64,000 nucleotides of DNA from NCBI GenBank assembly GCA_002269645.1, contig NIVC01000666.1:1-64000 (forward strand), written 5' to 3'. Numbering within the stretch: the first letter of the stretch is position 1; each line of letters opens with the position of its first letter. The position numbers were made by a program, and so were the translations under genes. Below the pieces are notes generated by a model. The model had not been told where the DNA came from, did not search any database, and worked only from the letters and a program-made list of their open reading frames with translations. The stretch is from Macrostomum lignano (taxonomy: Eukaryota). Shown here piece after piece: positions 12,950 through 46,589 of this stretch.

Positions 12950-13445
12950 AGTGAGAGAGTAGAGATTCAGTAGAGAGTAGAGATTGGGTGAGATTCAGTA
13001 GAAATTAGGTGAGATTCAGTATGGATTAGGTGAGATTCAGTATAGATCGGGTGAGATTCAGTAGAGATTGGGTGAGATTCACTTGAGATTTGGTGAGATT
13101 CACTTGAGATTTGGTGAGATTAAGTAGATATTGGGTGAGATTCAGTAAAGATTGGGTGAGATTCAGTAGATATTGGGGGAGATTCAATAGAGATTGGTTG
13201 AGATTCACTTGAGATTTGGTGAGATTAAGTAGAGATTGGGTGAGATTAAGTAGAGATTGGGTGAGATTAAGTAGAGATTGGGTGAGATTAAGTAGATATT
13301 GGGTGAGATTCAGTAGAGATCGGGTGAGATTCAGTAGAGATTGGGTGAGATTCACTTGAGATTGGGTGAGATTAAGTAGATATTGGGTGAGATTCAGTAT
13401 AGATTGGGTGAGATTCAGTATAGATTGGGTGAGATTCAGTAAAGA
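12950..13445. repeat. Minisatellite, 21-bp unit GATTGGGTGAGATTCAGTAGA
   Basis: Visible tandem array between the GalNAcT stop and the SWAP70 start. Confidence 0.93.
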
Positions 13446-13884
13446 TGAGAGAATAGACACTGTGCCACAAAAGCAGCAATTCTGTGGTTTGGTAGCTCGT
13501 AAGCGACCAGTAGGTGAAGGAATACGAGATGGCAGGTATATTTGAATTAGTAAAACCAGGTGAGCAGCTTTGTGATTGCAACAGCAAACGGAAAAAATTA
13601 TTTCATTGACGGTTGATTGCATCTTCCGAATAAACAAGCATATGCATATCGCGTATTTACACTTTTTTGGGCCAATGCATATTGTGCATTACAACAATCA
13701 AATCATACTATTGTCGTGATATAAGTAGTATCGCTCGCTTAAGGGCACCACTACCAAATCAAAGATTCTTTGATCCGCGGTAAGATACGATACCGCGGAG
13801 ATTTATAATACAAACCTCTCCATCCTTAATCTTTCGGAGATTGAAAAGATCTGATGATTACTCAACTAAGGACCAGCCGAACTA

Positions 13885-35167
<21,283 letters not shown>

Positions 35168-35643
35168 CGCCACAAGGGCCGGCGCCGCTCCGCCGGACGG
35201 CCAGCGCAGCGCCGCCAGTTGAGTCGCGGCAGCCGCGGGCTGGCCGTGCTGATGCAGGTGAGGCTGCAGCCGCAGCAGCTTCCTGCTCCCCTTGCCAGCG
35301 TCGTCGCCGCAGGATCCGGCTGGCGACAGTCGGAGCGTCACCTCGCCGCCGCCGCCGCCGCCTGACTGGCGCGCTGTTGTTGTTGGCGCCAGAGCGGCAG
35401 AAATCGCGGCGCCGGTGGAGCCGCTCGCCGAGGAAAAATGGCGCCTCCTCTGACAGCCGCCGCAGCCGCTGCCGCCTTGCCTCGAGGCTGCGTCTCGAGA
35501 GTCGCAAATGCCGCTGCCTCGGATGCTCTCGCAGAAGATGCTCTCAGCTGGTGTCCGTGGCCGGGCCTCACAGCAGCTCCTCAGTGCCCAAGCGAGGCTC
35601 TTTTCACCGCCGCGCTGTGTCTTGTAGAGGTCGGTCTGGCGGG

Positions 35644-35663
35644 CCAATGGGCCGCTGGCCAAT
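35644..35663. promoter_or_regulatory. Two adjacent CCAAT boxes upstream of GalNAcT exon 1 (candidate promoter)
   Basis: GGCCAATGG at 35642-35650 and GGCCAATCG at 35657-35665 in a GC-rich block; motif match only. Confidence 0.3.
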
Positions 35664-36014
35664 CGGAACGGAGCTCTGGAGGTCCCGCACGAACAAAGCA
35701 GTGTTTGAGCCGGCTGGATGAGGCGTTTCGTGGGAATCTGCGTCAGCTGTTTTCAGCCGGAGGGGATCTGGGAGGAAACTGTGACGGGTTTGAAGGTTCA
35801 GATAGAAAGACAATAGCTAGGAGGGACAGTTATCCCTATTTCGGTGTCACATGACCGAAATGTAGAGTTTTTTACCATTCGTAAACCGATACGATTGGGC
35901 AAATAGGAGAGTGCACATGGGACAGCGGCGACAGGTGGGAGAGGATAGCGGCAGTGAAACTGAGAAAGATTGATGCGGCAGAGAGCAGGCAGGAGGGATT
36001 TGGGAGCCCTGGCA

Positions 36015-36069
36015 GTCTGTCTGTCTGTCTGACTGTCTGACTGTCTGTCTGTCTGTCTGTCTGTCTGAC

Positions 36070-36102
<33 letters not shown>

Positions 36103-36113
36103 GACTGTCTGAC

Positions 36114-36162
<49 letters not shown>

Positions 36163-36165
36163 TAG

Positions 36166-36198
<33 letters not shown>

Positions 36199-36285
36199 TA
36201 GTGTCTGTCTGTCTGTCTGTCTTAGTGTCTGTCTGTCTGTCTGTCTTAGTGTCTGTCTTAGTGTCTGTCTGTCTGTCTGTCTTAG

Positions 36286-36358
<73 letters not shown>
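36015..36358. repeat. (GTCT)n microsatellite, reverse complement of 34060-34650
   Basis: Directly visible. Confidence 0.97.
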
Positions 36359-36359
<1 letters not shown>

Positions 36360-36924
36360 CTTTTTACTTTCATCTACTTTTCAATGACGGCTTGTATTAG
36401 TCAAAGAATCTCATTTGTATGCGAATTTTCAAGCCATAAGTTCTACTATCATTTCTACTCTCAGTAGTATGTGCTTGTCGACTCAATTCCAGAATTTTCT
36501 CCATAAAAACAAACAAACTGCTGCTGCTTTGAGCAGTTTTTTGCATCCCAGATTCCTGGCTTCATCACGAACGCGACCTCGCGCTTTCTTTGCAGTTTTT
36601 TCTCCCTCAGAATCATCTGGCCTGGATTTTCGCTCATTAAAATTCGAAACGGTAAAGAAGATCATATTTGATCAGACTTAGCGTGAAATTGTGCGTAGAC
36701 TCAAACATCCATTGGACCTGCTGGACTTTTATTTCACTTCACAGGGTTCCAGCGGCAAGACTCTAACAGAGAGCAGTTCTCAATATTTAAGTGCTTCACA
36801 GTATGTGCAATAATTACATAGTTCTTTTCATCTGATATTATTGCGCATATCTGGTGATTTGGGTGCTGGGTGCAGGACTCAAGAAAGATGCAATACTCTG
36901 TGCATTGTGTACAAGAACGGCATG

Positions 36925-37990
36925 TTAATAAAAAAAGCAGCACAATCCCCAAACTTCACAATCCACAAACTTCACAATCCACAACCTTCCCAATCCACAA
37001 GCCTCACAATCCACAAACTTCAAAATCCACAAACTTCTTAATCCAAAAACTTCACAATCCACAAACTTCCCAATCCACAAACTTCACAATCCACAAACTC
37101 CACAGTCGACAAAATTCACAATCCACAAACTTCACAATCCACAAACTCCACAGTCGACAAAATTCACAATCCACAAACTTCACAAGCCACAAACTTCACA
37201 ATCCACAAACTTCACAATCCACAAACTTCACAATCCACAAACTTACAATCCACAAACTTCCCAATCCAGAAACTTCACAATCCACAAACTCCACAGTCGA
37301 CAAAATTCACAATCCACAAGCTTCACAATCCACAAACTTCACAATCCACAAACTTCACAATCCACAAACTCCACACAATCCACAAACTTCACAATCCACA
37401 AACTTCACAATCCACAAACTTACAATCCACAAACTTCACAATCCACAAACTCCACAGTCGACAAAATTCACAATCCACAAACTTCACAAGCCACAAACTT
37501 CACAATCCACAAACTTCACAATCCACAAACTTACAATCCACAAACTTCCCAATCCAGAAACTTCACAATCCACAAACTCCACAGTCGACAAAATTCACAA
37601 TCCACAAGCTTCACAATCCACAAACTTCACAATCCACAAACTTCACAATCCACAAACTCCACACAATCCACAAACTTCACAATCCACAAACTCCACACAA
37701 TCCACAAACTTCACAATCCACAAACTCCACACAATCCACAAACTTCACAATCCACAAACTCCACAATCCACTAACTTCAAAATCCACAAACTCCACAGGC
37801 CACAAACTTCACAATCCACAAACTCCACAGGCCACAAACTTCACAATCTACAAACTCCAAACAATCCACAAACTTCACAATCCACAAAATTCACAATCCA
37901 CAAACTTCACAATCCACAAAATTCACAATCCACAAACTTCACAAGCCACAAACTTCAAAATCCACGAACTTCCCAACCCGCCAGCTTCAC
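36925..37990. repeat. 16-bp minisatellite AATCCACAAACTTCAC with higher-order duplication
   Basis: Variant blocks recur at ~37260 and ~37550. Confidence 0.93.
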
Positions 37991-38599
37991 AGTCTTTTAA
38001 AAACAGAAAAAGCTATAGAATACGTGTAAAGACAATGAAAATCTACAAGCCAAACAGTAAAAAATACGCAAGTTAAACAATAAGTTGACCACAACGCAGT
38101 GTCTCTAACTACTTAAAGCGTATCGTAGGGACTCAGCAACCGAAAAAAGTCGCAATTTTTGCTTTTTGTTAGCAAATGTTGTCCAGTGCAGTTTATAGCA
38201 TTTGTCAGTGGGGTCAACTGGGATCTGTCAGGAACTGGGAAGTTGAAACTAACGACTACAGCTGATTAAAATTCGCAAATGAGGGGCACAAAACGCGGAT
38301 ACGGGTAACTGAACGACAAGGAGCACGCACAACTCTCTTAATTTTAATAAGCGCCTAAAAACAGAAGAGAAATAATTAAACAAAAAATTCACGCTTTCCA
38401 AAAGTCACATGGCCGAACCTTTGGTGTACCTTGCAGCAAAACTGAGTCACTAGAAGTTCTTGGAATGATTTTTGTAGAAGGGGACACAAAAGCTCGTGAC
38501 ACTTGGCGTACTTATCGAAGCTACAAGCCTACAACAAACAAAGTCATTTTTACGAGCGTATTACTGATTTAATTTCTACTGTAAGTTCACAGATTAGTT

Positions 38600-38887
38600 G
38601 TCCGATGAGTCACATCTTTGATGAGTCACATGTTTGATGAGTCCCATGTCCGATGAGTCACATGTTTGATGAGTCACATGTTTGATGAGTCACATGTCCG
38701 ATGAGTCACATGTCCGTTGAGTCACATGTCCGATGAGTCACATGTCCGATGAGTCACATGTCCGATGTGTCACATGTTTGATGAGTGACATGTCTGATGA
38801 GTCCCATGTCAGATGAGTCACATGTCCGATGAGTCCCATGTCCGATGAGTCCCATGTCCGATGAGTCACAGCTGAGGTATGAGTCAT
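38600..38887. repeat. 16-bp minisatellite GATGAGTCACATGTCC (AP-1 and E-box motif in most units)
   Basis: About 17 units, 12 perfect TGAGTCA. Confidence 0.93.
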
Positions 38888-38987
38888 AACTAAAGAATGA
38901 TTTCGCCTCGATGAGCGAATGTTCAGACCAGTCACCTTACTGGTGACGCTAGACAGATTTCTGATCAGCTCAGTGGATTCTGCTCAA

Positions 38988-41900
38988 TCACGTGATGGTG
39001 AGCTCGGTGGCCGAGTCCTGATTAGAGATCTGCCTTCGGCAGTAGAACCGGTGCACTGGCGAGCAGTCCATTGATGAAGCTTCGCTCTCCAGGATTCTGC
39101 ACAGCTCCTGCTGTCCGCAGGCGGCCACGCCGCTTGCCATGTCGTCTTCGACATCGATTTCGTCGTCATTGTCGTCGAAATTCTCGTCGCAACAGTCGGC
39201 AACGACGAGACATCGCTGGTGCCGAATAGCCGCGGCGGCGTCGCCAGAGACAGCGGCCGAGGTGGAGGCAGCCGCGGCAGCGACAGCAGCGGGAGCGCCA
39301 CCCTCCCCAACTCTGACCAGGCGGGTGCCGTCGCCTCCACCACCGCTGAGTTCGCCTCCGCCGCCACCGCCGCCGCCGCCCACGCCGCCGCGGCCGCCGT
39401 CGCCGTTGCCACCACCGCCGCCGCCGCCGCCACGGCCCCCGCCTCCGCGGCTGCAGGACAGCGCAGGGGCGGCGCGCACTCGAAGTCGGAAAAACTGCCT
39501 GGCCTTGCGGCGGAACGGCGTGTAGCAGGCGAAGTAGATGAAGAAGTTGCAGAGAGAGTCCAGGTTGGCGGGCAGGTAACTCAGGAACATCAGCTGGAGG
39601 ATCAGGGCGCGGTGCTCGGCGAAGTCGAACACGCCGTCGTGGCACATGGCCAGGTTGGTGATGCTGGTCATGGTGAAGAATGGGATCTCGAAGATGAGGA
39701 AGGCGCCGAGAAGGGTGAAGATTGTTTTTGTTACCGTGCGCTTGCGTCTCATCAGCGACTGGTTCGTCCTGTGGGATTCGAGAGTGAGGCTGAGCACTGC
39801 GACTCTGTGACTCTTCCTTGGGACTCTGCGACTCTTCCTTGGGACTCTGCGACTCTTCCTTGGGACTCTGCGACTCTTCCTTGGGACTCTGCGACTCTTC
39901 CTTGGGACTCTGCGACTCTTCCTTGGGACTCTGCGACTCTTCCTTAGGACTCTGCGACTCTTCCTTAGGACTCTGCGACTCTTCCTTGGGACTCTGCGAC
40001 TCTTCCTTAGGACTCTGCGACTCTTCCTTAGGACTCTGCGACTCTTCCTTAGGACTCTGCGACTCTTCCTTGGGACTCTGCGACTCTTCCTTAGGACTCT
40101 GCGACTCTTCCTTAGGACTCTGCGACTCTTCCTTGGGACTCTGCGACTCTTCCTTAGGACTCTGCGACTCTTCCTTGGGACTCTGCGACTCTTCCTTGGG
40201 ACTCTGCGACTCTTCCTTGGGACTCTGCGACTCTTCCTTAGGACTCTGCGACTCTTCCTTGAGACTCTGCGACTCTTCCTTGGGACTCTGCGACTCTTCC
40301 TTGGGACTCTGCGACTCTTCCTTAGGACTCTGCGACTCTTCCTTGGGACTCTGCGACTCTTCCTTGGGACTCTGCGACTCTTCCTTGGGACTCTGCGACT
40401 CTTCCTTAGGACTCTGCGACTCTTCCTTGGGACTCTGCGACTCTTCCTTGGGACTCTGCGACTCTTCCTTGGGACTCTGCGACTCTTCCTTGGGACTCTG
40501 CGACTCTTCCTTAGGACTTTGCGACTCTTCCTTAGGACTCTGCGACTCTTCCTTGGGACTCTGCGACTCTTCCTTGGGACTCTGCGACTCTTCCTTGGGA
40601 CTCTGCGACTCTTCCTTGGGACTCTGCGACTCTTCCTTAGGACTCTGCGACTCTTCCTTGGGACTCTGCGACTCTTCCTTAGGACTCTGCGACTCTTCCT
40701 TGGGACTCTGCGACTCTTCCTTAGGACTCTGCGACTCTTCCTTGGGACTCTGCGACTCTTCCTTAGGACTCTGCGACTCTTCCTTGGGACTCTGCGACTC
40801 TTCCTTGGGACTCTGCGACTCTTCCTTAGGACTCTGCGACTCTTCCTTGGGACTCTGCGACTCTTCCTTGGGACTCTGCGACTCTTCCTTAGGACTCTGC
40901 GACTCTTCCTTAGGACTCTGCGACTCTTCCTTGGGACTCTGCGACTCTTCCTTGGGACTCTGCGACTCTTCCTTGGGACTCTGCGACTCTAGGGATCCTA
41001 CAACAGTGCAGAACTTTCTAGCTCTTCTCGCGACTCCTCAGTGGTCCGAAACTTATCCTCGGGTCTCTGCAACCTCAATAACCTTAGGCTTCATCGGCCA
41101 GGACTCACTTGTGACCGCCCCGCAGCGGTTGTTTCGCACAGTTCGTAAAATGATGGTGATGATGGTGATGATGGTGATGGCCGTGTTGATAGTGGTAGTG
41201 AGCCACTGTGCGGTGGCAGTGGTGATAGTAGGCGGCCCGGTTCAGCGGAGGCGGCTGTTGATGCTGGTGCTGGTTGCCCAGGTGCAGGTGCCTGGGCAGA
41301 CGGCCGCTCTTGATAATTGTCATGCAGCCGAAGCTGAGAATCACGATGAACGGCACCACGTTCGAGACGCAGCTATAGAAGGTGTAGTAGCGCGAGATTG
41401 CGCAAACATCCGCGAGGAAGTGCGGCGGCAAAATCAGCAGGCTGGCCACCGCCAGCGTGACGGCCAGGATTCCCAGGAAGGCGTTCCGGCCGTAGGCGTT
41501 GAACCGAGGACGCAACGGCTTGGCGACCGCGTCCCAGCGGGTGATGGCGATCAGGGCCACCCAGAAGTTTCGGACTGAAGGTGGGTGTTGGGTTGAGAAG
41601 CGCTGATTGATTGGTTGTGGGATGGCGGAGGATGGGGTGGTGGGTGCTGGGGTGAGAGGCGCTGATTGATTGGTTGTGGGATGGCGGAGGATGGGGTGGG
41701 GGTGCTGGGGTGAGAGGCGCTGATTGATTGGTTTTGGGATGGTGGAGGATGGGGTGGTGGGTGCTGGGGTGAGAGGCGCTGATTGATTGGTTTTGGGATG
41801 GCGGAGGATGGGGTGGGGGTGCTGGGGTGAGAGGCGCTGATTGATTGGTTGTGGGATGGCGGAGGATGGGGTGGGGGTGCTGGGGTGAGAGGCGCTGATT

Positions 41901-44900
41901 GATTGGTTTTGGGATGGTGGAGGATGGGGTGGTGGGTGCTGGGGTGAGAGGCGCTGATTGATTGGTTTTGGGATGGCGGAGGATGGGGTGGTGGGTGCTG
42001 GGGTGAGAGGCGCTGATTTATTGGTCAGTGAGCAATTTTATTAACCTTTCTATTTCTTCGCCATATCTTCAACACTTTAATTTTTCACACTCAATTCCAA
42101 CACGAATTGAAAAGCGGACTACTCAATGTTTTGGTTTGCCCCGTAATTTAAAAGCCGAGTAAATAAGGAACATGTAAGGGAAGTGTCTCAACTTTTAAAG
42201 ACGAATCAATACAAGACCTGTCAGCAAAGCAGAATCCTTCCTGGCTTCTTTCCACACTCCCAGCCACAGGTACAATACAAAGCTTTTAACTCGAGGTCAA
42301 AAGCGGTCAAAACTTTGCCGCTATTCGCTCAGGAAATCGCCTAAAGGGGGTTTATAATACATAGAAGCAATCACAATTAAAAGTTCAGCCGCAGACCTGG
42401 GGAGCCCCGAGTTTGCCGGCATGGAAAATTCCTTTCTTTGTTAACCTCAGCGCGTCTCCGGGAATTTGAAAATGGGGAGAGCGGACTCAGGCGAACAATG
42501 ATGAGGCCCCGAAGGCAGAGTTTGGGTGCTGCAGTCTGCACAATAGACCAGACTCTGTGCAGCTTTACTGAGGCATTCCTTGCATGTAGACTGATTATTT
42601 ATGAGCAGCCCTCCCCATCTACTCAGGTGGCTTATCGCTCCATCGATAAATTTTTCCCAATTTGGCTGTAGATCCCTGCCTCCTTCGCTCTCGATAACTG
42701 CCTAAGTTTAGCGGCCTGCACTCTCCCCTCTATCCTCTCCCGTCTCTCATCTCCCATCTCCCCTCTCTCATCTCCCATCTCCCCTCTATCCTCTCCCGTC
42801 TCTCATCTCCCATCTCCCCTCTCTCATCTCCCATCTCCCCTCTCTCATCTCCCATCTCCCCTCTCTCATCTCCCATCTCCCCTCTCTCATCTCCCATCTC
42901 CCCTCTATCCTCTCCCGTCTCTCATCTCCCATCTCCCCTCTCTCATCTCCCCTCTCTCATCTCCCATCTCCCCTCTCTCATCTCCCATCTCCCCTCTCTC
43001 ATCTCCCATCTCCCGTCTCTCATCTCCCATCTCCCCTCTCTCATCTCCCCTCTCTCATCTCCCATCTCCCCTCTCTCATCTCCCATCTCCCCTCTCTCAT
43101 CTCCCCTCTCTCATCTCCCATCTCCTCTCTCTCATCTCCCATCTCCCCTCTCTCATCTCCCATCTCCCCTCTCTCATCTCCCTCTCCCATCTCCCCCTCG
43201 GACCCATGCTCGGACCCATCTTCCCAGTCCCCTCTCCCCTCCTTTATCTCACCTCTCTCATCGTCCCACTCTCATCTCCCATCTCCCCTCTCCTTTCTCC
43301 TTTCCTTTTTCTCCCCTCTCCCCTCTCTCATCTCCCCTCTCCTCTCTCTCATCTCCTATCTCCCATTTTCCATCTCCCCTCTCTCATCCCCCTCTCTTAT
43401 CTCCCATTCCTCCTCTTTCATCCCCCTCTTCCCCTCTCCCCTCTCATACCAACCATCCGCTATCATTTCATGTCCCTTGTCACTTCTCTCGTCTGATCAT
43501 ACTAATCTCTTTTGCTCTTTTCTCCTTTCCCCGCCTCATCACCATTCGGACAAAACCGAAGTTCCAAAATCAGCCCTGCATCTGTAAAGCAGTTGGCCCA
43601 TCTGATTAAGACAGAAACACACTTGCAATATTTTTTCGCCTTAAAATTCTCTTTTTTCTCTAATTTTCCTAAAAAAGTTTTCTTTACTCAGCAAGATCAA
43701 AGGCCGGAACTGGCGCCTCGCGCTTAGAATAAAATTTGACTGATTACTCTTGGCAGAGTCAGACTTCCCAGTCCTCCCCCCAACTCGCATTGAGCCGATC
43801 CATTAGGCTTTAGAAATAATAGAGAATATATAGAAATGGAAACAGACTGGCAGACTGGCTGGTTAAACACTGACAGGCCCGGGCGGGGCATCGATCTTGC
43901 TCAGCCAACCTTGCTGTACAGATATTGCAGTCAGCCAGCAGCCACAGTCCTGTGTCATTCGGGGGTAACCAGCAGCTCATTCAATATTTGTTCTGGTGCA
44001 AAACTGCATGGGAGGTGAGGCTGGTAGCCCGGTATCCTCTCGCCCCCCTTGTTCTCCATCATCTCTATTGCAGCTATGCAGAATTTTTGTGACTAAAAGC
44101 CCAAGGTTGGCCTGAGAGCCTGTTTTGCATTGAGTGCTAGCATAAGGTAATGCTGTTCGATCACTCTGTACTGTACTGTAGTTTTATAGATGGAAGCCAT
44201 CGCTATGTGCTATTTGCTCTTATTAAATCATAGATTTCTCACATCTACTCTTTCCCTCTTGTCATTCCCAAATTCACTCGCATTGTAAGTCTCACCCGAA
44301 TGTCACTCCCTACCTCACTCTTCCAATCTAACTCATACTTTCACTCACAATTTCACTCTCAATGTCACTCTCAATGTCACTCCCTACCTCACTCCCCTCT
44401 CAATGTCACACTCAATGTCCCACTCAATGTCACACTCAATGTCACACTCAATGTCACACTCAATGTCACACTCAATGTCCCACTCAATGTCACACTCAAT
44501 GTCACACTCAATGTCACACTCAATGTCACACTCAATGTCCCACTCAATGTCACACTCAATGTCACACTCAATGTCACACTCAATGTCACACTCAATGTCC
44601 CACTCAATGTCACACTCAATGTCCCACTCAATGTCACACTCAATGTCCCACTCAATGTCACACTCAATGTCACACTCATGTCCCACTCAATGTCACACTC
44701 AATGTCACACTCAATGTCACACTCAATGTCACACTCAATGTCACACTCAATGTCCCACTCAATGTCACACTCAATGTCACACTCAATGTCACACTCAATG
44801 TCCCACTCAATGTCCCACTCAATGTCACACTCATGGTCACTCTCACCAAAAATAGCCACAATCCGGGCGTCGCTAAACACGTCCAGCAGCTTAGGCGGCT

Positions 44901-45207
44901 CCTGACCAGCTCCGGCAGTGTCGCTGAAGCATATCACAGCCCGCACCGTCAGGGTGGCGACGGTGTACAGTGCCGACACGGCCTGCTGGCAGCACTCCAC
45001 CACGGACAGGAAGTACAGCATGATGCGCATCCGGGATTGGTCTCGATTGGCTCGCAGGATGAGCACAGCCAGCAGGTTGGTGCAGAAGGCGGCGGCGTTG
45101 ATGGCGAGGTCGGCGGCCAGGATGGGCACCACTGCGTTGTAGGCTGGGGTGCACATCATCGGGCTGGAGTTGCTGGCCGGCCTCGGCTGCTCGGTTGGCG
45201 ATGACAT
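38988..45207 (-). CDS. Class A (rhodopsin-like) GPCR, probably of the peptide-receptor type. Exons 45207-44847, 41574-41109, 39768-38988; ~535 aa
   Basis: Seven hydrophobic segments after splicing: TM1 AINAAAFCTNLLAVLIL, TM3 FVRNFWVALIAITRW (DRY-like), TM5 SNVVPFIVILSF, TM6 TKTIFTLLGAFLIFEIPF, TM7 LDSLCNFFIYFAC, helix 8 PFRRKARQFF. GT-AG junctions with consistent phases 1 and 2. Confidence 0.85.
39797..40990. repeat. 21-bp minisatellite GACTCTGCGACTCTTCCTT(G/A)G filling GPCR intron 2
   Basis: About 56 copies; source of the spurious 586-aa ORF. Confidence 0.97.
41580..42025. repeat. 58-59-bp G-rich minisatellite directly at the GPCR exon-2 acceptor
   Basis: About 7.5 copies of GTGCTGGGGTGAGAGGCGCTGATTGATTGGTT(G/T)TGGGATGG(C/T)GGAGGATGGGGTGG. 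Confidence 0.93.
42720..43200. repeat. 21-bp pyrimidine minisatellite CTCCCCTCTCTCATCTCCCAT, decaying to ~43450
   Basis: Directly visible. Confidence 0.92.
44340..44840. repeat. 12-bp minisatellite TCAATGTC(A/C)CAC abutting the GPCR exon-1 donor
   Basis: About 38 copies. Confidence 0.95.
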
Positions 45208-45724
45208 CTTTTTGGGATTTGGGATCTGGGATTTGAGATCTGGGGTCGAGATTACTGGCGATTCTGCTTGTCGGGCGGCATCTCGGGCGGGTATTTAAGC
45301 CGCCTCTCGCCCCCTCCCCCCGGTCTCACTCTCCGAGCTCGGCATCCAATGACGGCTTGAGCACTCGGCTGCAGGCCTATTGGAATGAATAACGGACGGA
45401 GGTCGCGAGTTCGATTCGCATCGAGATTCCGACTCGGCGAACTCAAACTCAGGGGGTCTTCAGTGTTCCGAAGCGGTAATCTCATAATTGGTGACAGGGA
45501 ATTAGTGTAGAAGTATTGTTCTCAAATATGGAATATTCTCAAGTAGGGAATTATCGGCTGAGGAATTTTGGGTAAGGAGGGGAAAGGAAGGAAGGAAGGA
45601 ACAGCAAGCAAGCAATGGTTGACGCATAGCGATAATGAACATTCCTACCCCACTTCCCCCAACCCCCTCTCACACAACAACACACTACACTGTACGTCAT
45701 CACAGTAATGCTGTTCGATCACTC

Positions 45725-46050
45725 AAGGAAATTCCTTGAATTATCAAGGAAATTCTTGATAAGGGAATTCTATAGGATGGGGATTCTCGATAGGAGAATT
45801 ATACATGTATATAAGAGGCTTCGCAAAAAGAGAATTTTATATAGAGGAATCCTATACTAAGGGAATTCTATATAATGGAATTCTATTCGAAGGAAACTCG
45901 CAATTAGAGAATCTTATATAGGGGAATTCTATACCAAGGGAATTCTGTCTAGGGGAATTCTATACTAAGGGAATTCTATAGGGTAATTCAATACCAAGGG
46001 AATTATATCCAGAGGAATTCTATACTAAGGGAATTCTATGTAAGGGGAAT
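45725..46050. repeat. Degenerate repeat built on AGGGAATTCTATA
   Basis: Many diverged copies upstream of the GPCR start. Confidence 0.65.
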
Positions 46051-46589
46051 CCAGAACTTTTAGCTAGAAGGTTCACCGTGAAAATTCTCCTCATGGGATT
46101 CTATTGGCAGGTGGAAATGTCATCGAGTGAGGACACCCAGTACTGATTTGCTCAAAAGCTTATCATGAAACCGGCAGCTTCTGATGTGGGCTTGAATTTA
46201 TTGATAGCAAAATTCTTGGGGCAATAATAATGAGACGGTCGCTAATGATGGGGCAGAGACAAGCAGAGATGTGGCGAAATATCTGGGGCTTCTAATTACC
46301 CTCGCTATCTGCTTCAGACTCCCTCCGCATCTATGCATGCAGTTCCGAAAGACAGTCTCATTTCCAAGCTGACAGAAGCTGCGCGATCGAGATGGAGAGC
46401 GTGCACTATTAAGCCGGAGTATAGTGCACAAAAACTCCCATTGGGAAGTTTTAGTTCTGGGGTTGATGTAATTTCCCATTGACTATAAATGCTTATCTAA
46501 AAGTTCCATGTAGCATTTATGCTGGGAAATTTCTGACTGGAATGTTTAGGGGTCAAATTTGGACAACGCTCGATTGCACAATATATTGA

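Noticed and set aside
39818-41578. 586-aa + strand ORF (GLCDSSL repeats) and other long repeat ORFs at 17.7-19.0, 22.6-24.6, 25.5-27.0, 29.1-29.7, 31.0-33.2, 36.9-38.0 and 56-60 kb
   Set aside because: These are translations of stop-free tandem arrays, mostly in introns of or antisense to well-supported genes, with no domain content.
46198-46479. 93-aa ATG ORF upstream of the GPCR
   Set aside because: No homology cue or coding-like composition; its length is compatible with chance.
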